Assembly: GCA_028534125.1 (NCBI GenBank)
Contig: CM052817.1
Location: forward strand, 87,484,001 to 87,548,000
From: Lama glama
Lineage: Eukaryota
Length of the DNA: 64,000 nucleotides
Direction: 5' to 3'
Shown here: piece after piece, positions 25,280 through 36,500 of the stretch
How positions within the stretch are numbered: the first letter of the stretch is position 1
Layout of the letters: each line of letters starts with the position of its first letter
Made by a program: the position numbers and the translations under genes
Notes under the pieces: model-generated
The model's database searches: none
The model's input: only the letters and a program-made list of their open reading frames with translations
What the model was told of the DNA's origin: nothing

Positions 25280-26025
25280 GAAATTTATGGGAAGGCATAA
25301 AACTAGTATGATTTGCTGATAGATTGCAGAGAGAAAGAAGGCGAGGCTGATTCCAAGTTAAGGGGGCAGATGTCTTACAGGATGGATTCGCCATTAGCTG
25401 CGTGGGGAAGACAGCATCAAGACTGATGAGAAGAAGGGAGAGATTAAGATTTTGGCTTGGATTTTAAACATGCTAAGTTTTAGTTACCCATTTAGAACTC
25501 CAAACAGAATTGTCAAGCAGGTGATTATATATACATATCTGGAATTAACGGGAGATACCCATTTTTTTAGATAAAAATTAGGTCTCATCAATGCATAGGT
25601 AGCATTTAAAGTTACAGAAGTGGCTGACTGCAAAGAAAATGTAGATAAAAATGGTAGTCAGACCACTCGACTGTGCAGAGGGTGGGAAACTGAAGAGAAA
25701 CTAGCATAAGGAGAAGGAGATGGAATGGTTACTGTGATGAGGAGGAAAACAAGGAGGTTGTGATGTTCTAAAACACCAAGCAGAGAACTGTCCGAAGAAG
25801 GGACATGTGAGCCACTATGTCAAGTACTAAGTCAGGTAGGATGAAAACTGAGGATTGATCGCTGGAGTTCGAAATGTGGAGATTTTTGATAACCTTGCCA
25901 AGAATATTTACATATGTCTATGGATAAAAGCTTGACTCAAGTGAGTTTAAGAAGAAGAAAAAGAAAATTAAAGCCAGCAAGTATTAGACAATTCTTTGTA
26001 GAATGTTGTATTAAATAGGGGTTGG
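25280..26025 (-). mobile_element. L2 internal fragment
   Basis: 'ttttaaacatgctaagttttag', 'aggatgaaaactgaggattgatcgctggagttcgaaatgtggag', 'gacaattctttgtagaatgttg'. Confidence 0.75.
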
Positions 26026-26299
26026 GGAGAACCAGAGCAGCCATTTACATACAATCTGATTTTTCTCTGCAAATAAGAATCTATGAGTTGTTTCCTGGGC
26101 ATAATATTCTATAGTAATTTAAAACATGTCTAAGAATAATATCCTGTATTTTTTTTTACTACTGAACTCACTGTATCTTTTAATACAATTTTTTTTCTAA
26201 AACAAATATGACTATTTCATTTAGGTTTTATGTTCAGTGCAACATTGAAAGGCAGGTAGACACTCATCTCTCCAAAAAAAAAAAAAAAAAAAACCCTAA

Positions 26300-26440
26300 G
26301 TGTTACAACCTTACGCTAACCAAGTATGTGACTCTTGGAAAAAATATACTTAACCTTTCTATGCTTCATTTTCCTCATTTACAAAAAGTGCTGACAAAAT
26401 TACTTGCTCAAATCTTGTATGTAAATATTGGTCATTTGGC
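26300..26440 (+). mobile_element. MIR fragment
   Basis: MIR core 'tatgtgactcttggaa...acttaacctttctatgcttcattttcctcatttacaaaa'. Confidence 0.7.
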
Positions 26441-26599
26441 ACCCATACAATCTTTCAAGAATTCTAAATGATACAACTATTTTTTTCTCCTCTGCTACTT
26501 TTTATTTCCTGTAAGTCTTTTTAACGCTTATTTTGAAGGAAGAGTTTTCTATTCAAAACTTCTGAAAATCAATTACATAACTGGGATTTCAATTCCTTA

Positions 26600-27500
26600 G
26601 TCAACCCTGCAATTGTAAAGGAGTTGAATTTGGAAATAAGCTTGACATTCAAACCTCATAATACTGGTTCCATGGCTGCTTACCACAGGGATGCAATCCT
26701 GAGAGAAATACTATTTGATCCCAGAAAGGGGAAAAAAAGATAATGGATTGCCCCTCCACACGAAACCATAAAAGAGAGTTCTGGGTTGCTGCCATTCAAA
26801 TGAATAGAAACCGGCAGCAATTCTAACACCTATCCAGTTTCAATTTTGTAACATCTGCAGGCATCATTCTGGAAATGGTAAACATTTTAATGGTCAGACC
26901 CTGTCCACTTATGCATTACTATTTCCAGCATTATACCCTATTTCTGTCTGGAAAGAGAAACTAAAAGGTGACAGATTGCTGTGAATGAAATGAACGGAGA
27001 TGCCATTTGCATTCATTTCTGCCGCAGCAAACGCGCGGCTTTCCCCTTCCGCTGCTGTCCTTCAGAGATCTCTCTCACTGCTTTGGAAAATTCAAGAGCC
27101 AGACGCGACATTTTGATCATGCAGCTGGAACTCCAAGCAGCAGCACATGAATTGAATTAAGAGCATCAAACAACTTTATAATTACAGTCCATCTCTTCCT
27201 TTCGATACAAATCCATTCGGACTGAATGAAGATGGAAACTGCACAGTCTCCGAAATTTGAATTTTTATAAATGTAAAAACTTTTAAGTGTCCAATGCACA
27301 TTCACTAAAATTCAGAAACTGAATAGCAGGTTATTTACTTTATATAAATTTGAAATTTGAGTAACCAAAACCCTTGCATTTTGTTTGGACGCCGTGTGTA
27401 TTAAAAAGGTAGGTTGATTTTAGTCAGCAATTATCCCTAAAAGTGTTATATCTGGAGGACAATTCAACATGTGTACCGAATGCATGAACACGATAATGCA
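26600..27500. promoter_or_regulatory. Candidate conserved non-coding element / enhancer
   Basis: No recognisable repeat. About 17 CpGs in 26760-27495 against a depleted background. Octamer ATTTGCAT 27005-27012, TGACAG 26969-26974, E-box CAGCTG 27122-27127. Confidence 0.4.
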
Positions 27501-29030
27501 GCATAGATGTATATGCACTTTATCTATCTGTTTTTGTAAAAGAGTGAAAAAAGAAGGAGCCCTTTTTCATTTTTTTACTGTTGCCAAATGTACCTTCAAA
27601 CACAGATCAAATTTTATCCTGGATTGTACACTTCAAGGCACTTTGTAGAAGGATCTCAAAGCATTTTGTTGACCAATTAAAGGTGACCCATTACTACAAA
27701 CAAAGCCAAATATGACACGTTATTATAATGTCAGACCAATAAATAATAGTTCAGAGTGTTCACTGAAGGAAATTCCTTTGCAATTTTAGATAAAAAAATT
27801 ACTCTGAGGGCTATCTAAATTCTAACAAGTAATCCTTTAAGGAAGGAATAAACAGATGTATAGAGCCTTAATTGGGAGTTTACTTATAACTATAATGAAG
27901 ACATAAAATATGACTTTTAGTGACACATTTATTTGTTAGTGTATTTATGGAATCCAAAATTGAGGTACCCAGTTATAAACGTAGAGGCCATTTAACTTAA
28001 AGGTAAAATACTGTTCCTCTGATAGGTTGAATCTTTATTTGCATTTTAAAGTTTTGCAGTACAGTAAACTTTGGTAGCAAAAATGACTCAGAGTTGTTCC
28101 TACTGAAATTTTTAATTTAGGTAATTAACACATTTTAGACCAGAATATTTTCTTTTGCATGAGATAAACTTGTCCAAAATTCTGCTTCCAAACATCACAC
28201 ATTTTGGTTGATGAAAGACTTTATTTCTAATAAGCTTTTCCCTTGGATTTACTTGATGTTGTCATGAGTACTTTAACTGAACAGGAAAAGTTGAAAAATT
28301 GTAGAGAGCAGAGGAATCTTCTCTACCTTTCTCAAAAACAGAAAAACAAATAAACAAAACCCTCTCGTGCATCACGAAACTGTCAATTTCAGATTATAAG
28401 CCACTTTTTTCTTTTTATAAAACTTTGGGAATTAATAACCAAATGAGTCAGAAAAAGGAAAAGCAGCAGTAGCCATTTTGGGGGCAGCTTTCAGTTATTT
28501 GACTGTTTAGATTGATTGGGGGAATTGCAATAGTGTCATTTATTCAGTACGTGTGTGGATAAAGTATGAAGCAAGGCCAATAAATCCTCTCCCGAATAAA
28601 TATATGGTAAGGCTTCTATCATAGCTAAAAATAGATTACCCTTTCAATTCACATCTGACTTTAGGTTATATACAGAAATGTGTATGTTTTATTCAATCCA
28701 TGCTTTAACTTGAATATGTCGACATTTGGTACGCAGGCTAGATTTTTTTTTCATTTTATAAAATTAAAAGTATTCCACTTGTCCAAAGCAGACTTTAAAT
28801 TGTTTTTAAATGATACAGCCCACACAAACCTAATTTCACTTGAAAGATTTTATTGTTCCTGCAAATATTAAGTAATGGCATCCCTCTCTACCTACGATAC
28901 CCCTAGGTATTTAGACTTCTGCACACAATTTGACAAACACTAGCTTTAACTAAGTAGTTAAATAAAATAATTCCTAGACAAGTCAATAGTTCCCAAGCCT
29001 GCTATATGACTTTCTGCAAAATGTATTTTA

Positions 29031-29349
29031 CAGGCAGACTTCCTTTCATTGCGCTGTGCTTTATTGCACTTCTCAGACATTGCGTTTTTCACAAATAGAA
29101 GGTTTGTGGCAACCCTGAGTTGTCAGATGATGGTTAGTAATACCTAACAAATTATTTTTAAATTAAGATATATATATTGTTTTTCTGGACATAATGCTAT
29201 TGCACACTTAATAGACTATAGTATAGTGTAAAATGTAGCTTTTTTATGCACTGGGAAACTAAAAAAATTTATGTGACTCATTTTGTTATGATATGCACTT
29301 TACTGCAGTGGTCTGGACCTGAACCAGCTCTATCTCTGAGGTATGCTTG
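29031..29349 (+). mobile_element. Tigger1 internal-deletion derivative (Tigger1a_Art-like MITE)
   Basis: Terminal inverted repeats caggcagactt... / ...gaggtatgcttg flanked by TA on both sides (29029-29030, 29350-29351). Tigger1 motif 'gaaggtttgtggcaaccctg'. Confidence 0.9.
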
Positions 29350-29479
29350 TATTTACTTACATATAATGAAGAAAAATGGCCTTCAAGATAAACAAAATGA
29401 TGTAATGATGTTATAAGTCGCTGCCTTAATGGAGGAGCTCATCAGTGAGGTATGGAACAACAACAACAAAAATCCCAAT

Positions 29480-29680
29480 TGTTTCTCAAGCTTCATAGAA
29501 TATTAATTACTTCCCTTGGTTAACTATGAGAATCACCTGGGACATTTAAAAAATAACAGATGAACATGATCCACCCCAGGACAATTAAGTAATAATCTCC
29601 AGATATGTAGCCTGAGAATTGCAATATTTTAAAAGTTCTCCAGGCATTGCTCATGTCCAGCCAAACTGGAAAACCAGTAC
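29480..29680 (-). mobile_element. MER5A/B hAT-Charlie MITE
   Basis: 'gtttctcaagc...gaatcacctggg...ccaccccagg...aaagttctccaggc...ggaaaaccagt'. Confidence 0.7.
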
Positions 29681-30124
29681 CTCAAAGGAAAAGGGATGAC
29701 ACAGATTTGGTTTGCTACTCTGAACATTACTTGTATAGAGGTGTGGGTTAACAGCCAATCATGGAAAAACGTGAATAATTAGTCAAACAGAATGAAGTTG
29801 TACTTGCAAGTAATCTAAGTCCCATATAAAAGAATTTCCAAATAATTTAATGGTATGACAATGTAAACAAAATTGGTATGTCCCCAAAAAGTACAAAGGA
29901 AGAATTCAACATTTATATATATATATATAAATAGATATATATAGATACAGATCTATATATGTTTGTGAGTACATGTATCTATAGCTACATAAATATTGAT
30001 ATAGAATATACATATGTATGGAATATAGAAAGATACAGATATGTAAATAAATGAGACATACAGAATACATATAAACTATTTTTGAAAATATATTGAAACA
30101 TTATGCTTTTGTTTCTACATTGTT

Positions 30125-30753
30125 TCTTTCTACAATTCTAGAGGCTAGAAGTTCAAGATCAAGATGTCTGCAGGTTTGGTTTCTCATGAGGTCTCTCTCT
30201 TATGCTTGCAGATAGCTGCCTTCTTGCTGTGTCCTCACGTGGTTGCCCCTCTGTCTTTGTGTTATGTGTCCTAGTCTCCTCTTACAAGGACACTAGTCTA
30301 ATTGGAATACTCCCCTCTCCTCCAAAGACCTAATTTTAAGTTACTTTTTAAAAATTCCAAGACGGAGGGGAGGGATAAATTAGGAGCTTGGTATTAACAG
30401 ATACACACTACTATATATAAAATAGATAAATAGCATAGTCCTAATGTATAGCACAGGGAACTATATTCAACATCTTGTTATAACCTATAATGGAAAAGAA
30501 TCTGAAAAAGAATATATATATATGTGTGTGTATATATGTATGTATATACATATACATATATAACTGAATCACTTTGCTGTACAGCAAAAACCAACACAAC
30601 ATTGTGAATCAACTATACTTCAATAAACATTTTTTTAAAAGAACTTCGAAGTCTGAATACAGTGACATTCTAAGGAATTAGGGGTTAGGAGACAATATAA
30701 GAATTTGAATTCATAATTCAAATTCATGAGGGGACACAATTCAATCCATGACA
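30125..30753 (-). mobile_element. MLT1B-like MaLR LTR split by an L1 insertion
   Basis: 'ttctagaggctagaagttcaagatcaag' ... terminus 'gggacacaattcaatccatgaca'. Confidence 0.85.
30364..30640 (+). mobile_element. Cetartiodactyl-type L1 3' UTR, 5'-truncated, nested in MLT1B
   Basis: 'gtatagcacagggaactatattcaa...ctgaatcactttgctgtaca...caactatacttcaataaa'. Diverged TSD aaaaattccaagac / agaacttcgaagtc. Confidence 0.9.
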
Positions 30754-31067
30754 GGTAGATAAAGGAAAAATAGGTAAACAGATAGACCAGTGGACAAAAA
30801 ATATTCAGGAAAAGCAAGGTAATTGACATGTAACACAGTAGTTGCTTAGTATTTCTTAAAATAATTTCATAAGTACAGTGAAGAGGTGGAAGAGCCCAAA
30901 TCAGCTCAGAGAATAAGTAGTAAAGAGTTTAGCTGGAAAGGAAAGTATAAAGAAATAATGGAACATGTGCCTTTAAAGGATGATTGAGATAAGATAATGG
31001 CATTTAGGGATTCTTATCAGTAGGATAAGTGGATTTTACTTTGTACAAATAAATATAGAATATGACA

Positions 31068-31590
31068 TGAGATGGGGTTCTGGATGTGCTACCCCAAAAT
31101 ATGACACCTTGGTATACTGAGTATCTTAAGTTGAAAGAGTTTGAGAAGATGGCAGAAGCAAGAAGATTACTCTAACCTCCCTCCACCTTACGATTCCTTC
31201 CCTGAAAACAGGAGATGAACCTTCCAGATGAAAGGAAAGACACCCTCCTTGTACTAGGAGGGTAGAAAGCACCCTCTCATCAGAGACAGGGAATTTAGGT
31301 TCAAGAAACTTTCTTAAACTAACCCAAATCTTCCTAGCTGGTTCTTCACCATTTATTACTCCTGGCCCAAATTCCTCTGTCTTGTCAATTCTTCTCAAAT
31401 TTATTTATTTATCTTGTCTAAAAAGTGTAAAATCTCCATCTCTAGTCACTTCTTCCAGTCTCATATCTTTGTGGGACTTCCACACATGAATTTGTTTTTT
31501 TTAAATTTAACTTTAAATGTGTAAATTACAGGGCACAGGCTCAGCCAAGAAACCAGAAGAGTAGAGGGAAATTATTTTTCCTCCCCTACA
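31068..31590 (+). mobile_element. MER34/MER39-like ERV1 solo LTR
   Basis: Starts 'ggggttctggatgtgctaccccaaaatatgacacc', ends 'gagggaaattatttttcctcccctaca'. Confidence 0.8.
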
Positions 31591-32109
31591 CGTCATGTCA
31601 GCGTCAGAAGGAGAACTAGTGGAGGTTTCAGAGGAAGAGGATGACATGCTCATTTTAGAGGGGTTTTTATATAAACCTTTTGAGTGGAGATCGATGTGGT
31701 GCTTTAAAACAGTAAGAACCCTAACATTGTATGATTTTCTCTTAAAATCTTAGCATCACAAAATCATAACTTAGGAAGGAATTTTGAAATTTGTCTATTT
31801 TATCTAAAACAGGAGTCATTGTTTAAAATCTATAAAAGGTAGAGTGGCTCCATTGTTTTCAAAAATTACACTATATATATACTATAATGTAAGACCACCC
31901 ACTATGATCTTTTATTTTGTTTTTTAGGTACATGCATCATGTTTTAAGAAAATGATTCCCTTACAGTGAGCTGAAATGACTTTCCTGTATTTTTATTAGT
32001 CTTAATTCTACTACTTTCATGACTTTAGTAGATATGGTCCACCACCAAGGCAGGTAGTAGTAAAATTTATTTTACAACCAAAATGGGGTGTGGAGTCAGG
32101 TGAGGGGGG

Positions 32110-32590
32110 TAGAATCAATTAATTTTGTTAGATACCATTTCTAGGCCCTGCCATTTGTTTGTCATTGGCTGCATTTTGTCTCTTAGTTTCTTTCTGATCA
32201 TTTTTTTTTTTTAGCCAATATTGATGCCATTTGACTTGTCCAAGATCACCTGTATGTTCCATTTGGTTTACTCTGATGCTGTGGGCATTGCTGTTTTCTA
32301 AATATGCCTGGATATCTAGCTTCTTTGAATCACTGCCATTAAAAGCTAAATTGCAGTTGCTGCTAATTCCCAAATAATCTTCATGAACTTGGAGTCTAGC
32401 TACTCCTCCAATCTCACCAGTCAAAATCAATCAAGCCATCAGTTTCTCCTGATAATGAATTTTTTTAGATAGCTTCAATACAGAGTGCCAGTCTTCAAGA
32501 AGTGCTTGCTTCCATCTGTTCTTTTCCCAATCCTGACCACCATCAGGTGAACATATGTAGTAATTCTTCGGAAATTGCCTAAAGTTTTGC
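32110..32590 (-). mobile_element. Probable ancient RTE-clade (L4/RTE-X or MamRTE-like) LINE endonuclease remnant
   Basis: Nearly open minus-strand frame. Across frames, motifs GLGK/R, SPDG, IDF..WRSS, KKLDI and KW(I)SNK resemble RTE apurinic-endonuclease/linker motifs. Confidence 0.45.
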
Positions 32591-32591
32591 T

Positions 32592-32748
32592 ACAGTGTTC
32601 TCTCTGTAGCAGCAATAGTTGTAACATCTATGAGCTATTAGAAATTCAGAATCTCAGGTGCCACCCAAGACCTACAGAATCACAACAGCCTTCATTTTAA
32701 CAAAACACACAGGTGATTTGTATGCACATTAAACTTTAGGGAGTACTC
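32592..32748 (+). mobile_element. MER5A1 hAT-Charlie MITE
   Basis: 'ttagaaattcagaatctcaggtgccacccaagacctacagaatc...caggtgatttgtatgcacattaaacttt'. Confidence 0.8.
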
Positions 32749-32749
32749 A

Positions 32750-33050
32750 CCTTTGGAGATGCAGCATCTCCTTGAGGCATCTCTCCCAGCCCTGTTGGTT
32801 AACCCCTAAATACCTACTTGGTACATCTGTAACAACATATGAAAGACTTGACACCTATTCCAAATTCCTGGTTCTCAAGTATTTGAAAAAATAATCATGT
32901 CTCCTTTAATTATTCTCTTCTCAGGTCAAGCTTCTTTGGTCCCTTCACCCATTTCTCTCATATAAGTGTTTCCAGATATCTTCAAACTTCGGTCATTTAG
33001 AACGTCTATTAGATGATTTCTAACCTGTCAGTATCTACAGCAAATGCAGC
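32750..33050 (-). mobile_element. L3/CR1 LINE 3' fragment
   Basis: 'tatttgaaaaaataatcatgtctcc...ttctcttctcagg...ctcatataagtgtttccaga' matches the antisense CR1 ORF2 end. Confidence 0.65.
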
Positions 33051-33728
33051 TTTCTTTTCTGCCTGCTGCACAGAAGAAAACACTGAGAGGTAAATGAAAA
33101 TGGGATTCAGGCATGACCAATTACACATTACCAGAGCACTCATGTCTTAATAAAGTTGAGAAATCAATTCAATTTTTAGCTTTTTTCTAAGAAGGGTTAC
33201 CCAACATGATACAGAATGATGAATGTTGACCTCTTAAAATCACTAAGGTATAAAGTGTAACAAAAATTATTAATACAGCCATGTGATTAAGTAGGTCTCT
33301 ATCAATGAATCACAGTGACGGGATTATTCTAGACTTTACCTGCAGCAGTGATAAATGAGGTCGTTAGTGAAAATCAAGTGCAAATATCATCAGATCCTGG
33401 AACATTTCTCTTTATACATTAAAAAAGACATTTCCAATTTGCTGAGATATACACACTTCAATCTTAAAATATATCTCTATGGCAAGTAAAGTTTTTTTTC
33501 TTAAAAATAGTCCAGTATTCAAAATCCTGAAAATTTTTAAGTATTTGAAACATACATGTTTATTTTGTAAAACGAGGGAAAACTACCCTAAAATAAACTT
33601 ATGAAATGTGATATGACAATTTACACTTCAGTTTTTTTTTGCATATGTAATTGATGAATTGTAACAGGCCAATAAAGCTAAAATATTCTAGATTCCAAGT
33701 ATGCTTCCTTTTTGTCAAATGGTGATAT

Positions 33729-34223
33729 ATTTATTTATTTATTTATTTTTATTTCTAAATGTTTAAAAATGTTTTAACTTTTTTTTAATTGATTTATAAA
33801 CATTTTACAATGTTGTGTCAAATTCCAGTGTACAGCACAATTTTTCAGTCATATATGAACATACATATATTCATTGTCACATTTTTTTCTCTGTGAACCA
33901 CTGTAAGATCTTGTATATATTTCCCTGTGCATACAGTATAATCTTGTTTATCTATTCTACAATTTTGAAATCCCAGTCTATCCCTTCCTACCCCTCACCC
34001 CCTTGGCAACCACAAGTTTGTATTCTATGTCTATGAGTCTATTTCTGTTTTGTATTTATGCTTTGTTTGTTTGTTTTAGATTCCACATATGAGTGATCTC
34101 ATATGGTATTTTTCTTTCTCTTTCTGGCTTACTTCACTTAGAATGACATTCTCCAGGAGCATCCATGTTGCTGCAAATGGCATTATGTTGTCAGTTTTTG
34201 TGGCTGAATAGTATTCCACTGTA
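33729..34223 (-). mobile_element. Young camelid-type L1 3' end with perfect TSD
   Basis: T-rich tail, then 'ttttacaatgttgtgtcaaattccagtgtacagcacaatttttcagtc'. 12-bp TSD aaatggtgatat at 33717-33728 and 34224-34235. Confidence 0.95.
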
Positions 34224-34439
34224 AAATGGTGATATTTTTAAATGAAAAAGGCTTGGAAGTCAAAAACTGAATTTACATTTTTAAGAGATTTAATATCAAT
34301 ATATGCCACACATACACACATCTTGAAAACCAAACACGATAGGTGAGTTGTTTGCTTCTAAATATGATTAGACTCCATCACTAGCAAAGTGAAGAGAAAT
34401 AACAATATTGAATATTTGTCCAGTGGATAAAAATGATGT

Positions 34440-34680
34440 AATGGGTTAGGCTGGAAAGGTAGGCTGTGGAAAGTCTTTGGTGGGCTTTATTCTGTAGTCA
34501 GTATTAAGTCATAAGAAGTTACTGAGAAGAGAAATTCTGTTACTTAGGTATTGAAAAGTTAACTGTGAAGGAAAAGAAAAGATAAGAGTTTTTTTGTTAG
34601 TTTGTTTTTGTTTTCTAAGGTTTGAGATTCAGACCCAAGAAGGCTTGTCAAGAGAGAGCTGTAATTATCCAGAAGAAAAA
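34440..34680 (-). mobile_element. L2 fragment
   Basis: 'aggctggaaaggtaggctg...ctttattctgtagtcagt'. Confidence 0.45.
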
Positions 34681-35974
34681 CTTACTATTCTTTGTAGTTC
34701 CCTGTTTACAAATTTTTCTAGATAGTGATTAAATTCTTCTCCAAAGTCATATTATTCCTATCCTGTTGCTTTTTTTTAGTACATTCCTTAACTAACTTAG
34801 TGCCTCTATTGTTACATGATTGACATTGACTCTTAGTCCAGTTATCAAAATCTTTACTGAAAGCTATGATTGGTCAAGGCTTGTAATTTCTATTTAAATT
34901 TAATTCTCTTTAAAAATCAGGATGTTCTGATATAATTCCTACTCATCTGTTCTCACTGTTATAGGCAGGGTGTTTGCCTAACTGCCTGATAATTGAATAT
35001 TTGTATAGAATTATTCTAATGAATGAAATTCAATTTAATTGTGAAAAGGAAGAAGTGAAGGAAATCAGTTCTTTAATCCATACACTTAGAAAAAAGAAGA
35101 GAGAAAGAGAGATAGAAAAGTTGAGTCTTCTATGCCAGAAACAATAAAATGAAATGTAACAGATCATAAGAACAGATAAAAGATATAGCCATTGACTTTA
35201 TTGAATTTAACAATTAGAGAGAAAAGCTGGAAAGTAGATAATTTAAAAATTTTTCATAACTACTATAATCAATGGGAAACAGCAAAGGAATTTAAGACTA
35301 AATAGTGTAAGAAAGTAATGATTCAGGGATGATTTGAGGGAGGTAGCATATGTGATGAAACTTTAACAATGAGAATGAATTTATGTGACCTTTTTTTCAG
35401 TCTGATTCTTTCTGACACAAAAAATGCAGTCTTTTTGGGAGGGTTTAGGAAAGAGATTGCTTCCTTTTCCTTATACAACCATCATGGATTTTCTCAGTTC
35501 CATAGTTCTCAGGTGTACCAAATGGCTGAGTGGTAGATAGGATTAGAGATGATTAGGATTAGAGATGATGACTGTATAAGAAATTGTGTTATGGGATGTT
35601 GCTCTACATCCTTAAAAGCACTATTTATGAACAAGTACATTGTTGCTGCTTTGATTACTTGAACCAGTTGCATCAGAACAGATTTTTTTCTTTCACTTGA
35701 GCATAAGTCTGAGTAATTTAAAAAGTTTTTGATTCACAGAAACAAGGAAAAAATGTGATTTATGACTATTTGGGTTAGTTAGTTTCATATATTTAAAAAA
35801 TGAAATATCATTTATGTTTTTAAATACTTTATTCATCCAAAAAAAATTAAAATATCTTTGTTTTTAAGTTTGGTCTTGTAGTGAGTTCCAGGGGTCTGGG
35901 GGCTGATCCAGGTAAAAGGTAGGGCAGGAGGTGGCAAAAGCACATAATGAGTGTTATTTTGGTGCCACTTTGCT

Positions 35975-36058
35975 TTTGTTTTTTGGTTATCATTTTTATT
36001 GAAATATAGTCAGTTACAATGTGTCCATTTCTGGTGTACAGCACAATGACCCAGTCAA
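35975..36058 (-). mobile_element. Very short L1 3' tail nested in the LTR
   Basis: 'ttttattgaaatatagtcagttacaatgtgtccatttctggtgtacagcacaatgacccagtca'. Confidence 0.85.
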
Positions 36059-36463
36059 GACTGCAGCTGAAGGGTAATCCCCGACAGCATGTGACCTTCC
36101 AGAGGCAACAGCTTGGGCCACCAACAAGAAGGGGAAGAAGACAGGGGAACTCCAGGGAATGGAGATGGGGGCTGCAGAATTGCAGAGGGAGCTTGCATGT
36201 CCTGATGATGTTGGTTAATAGCACAATGGGAAGTTTCTGGGTCAGAGAATCTGAAGGGCAGCAGTGGCACGGGCTCTTCATGGTCCCAGGGTTTATCTTA
36301 CCTATGGCTAGCAGATCTTGGGTGTAGTTTGAGGAGCATGCAAAGCAGGAAGGCTATAAATGTTTAAACATCTGCTATTTTCAGCTATAGTTAAAGCAAC
36401 TGGATGTGTAAAAATTTGAGTTTGAGTGTTGAGCTAATGCTCCCAGCCTGCCTTAGAGAAATA

Positions 36464-36500
36464 AACAGTATAGGGTCAAATACAGTGACCCTATACTGTT
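36464..36500. repeat. Perfect 15-bp inverted repeat with 7-nt loop
   Basis: aacagtatagggtca-aatacag-tgaccctatactgtt. Confidence 0.95.

Noticed and set aside
27051..27070. REST/RE1 site at 'gctgctgtccttcag'
   Set aside because: Only one half-site. The GTGCTGAA half is missing.
236..28518. Exact 14-mer gtttagattgattg at 236-249 and 28505-28518
   Set aside because: Several chance 14-mer matches are expected in 64 kb, and the flanks are unrelated.
35847..36327. Three overlapping ORFs (144, 102 and 71 aa)
   Set aside because: They lie in a GC-richer LTR plus a nested L1 tail, where stop codons are scarce by composition.
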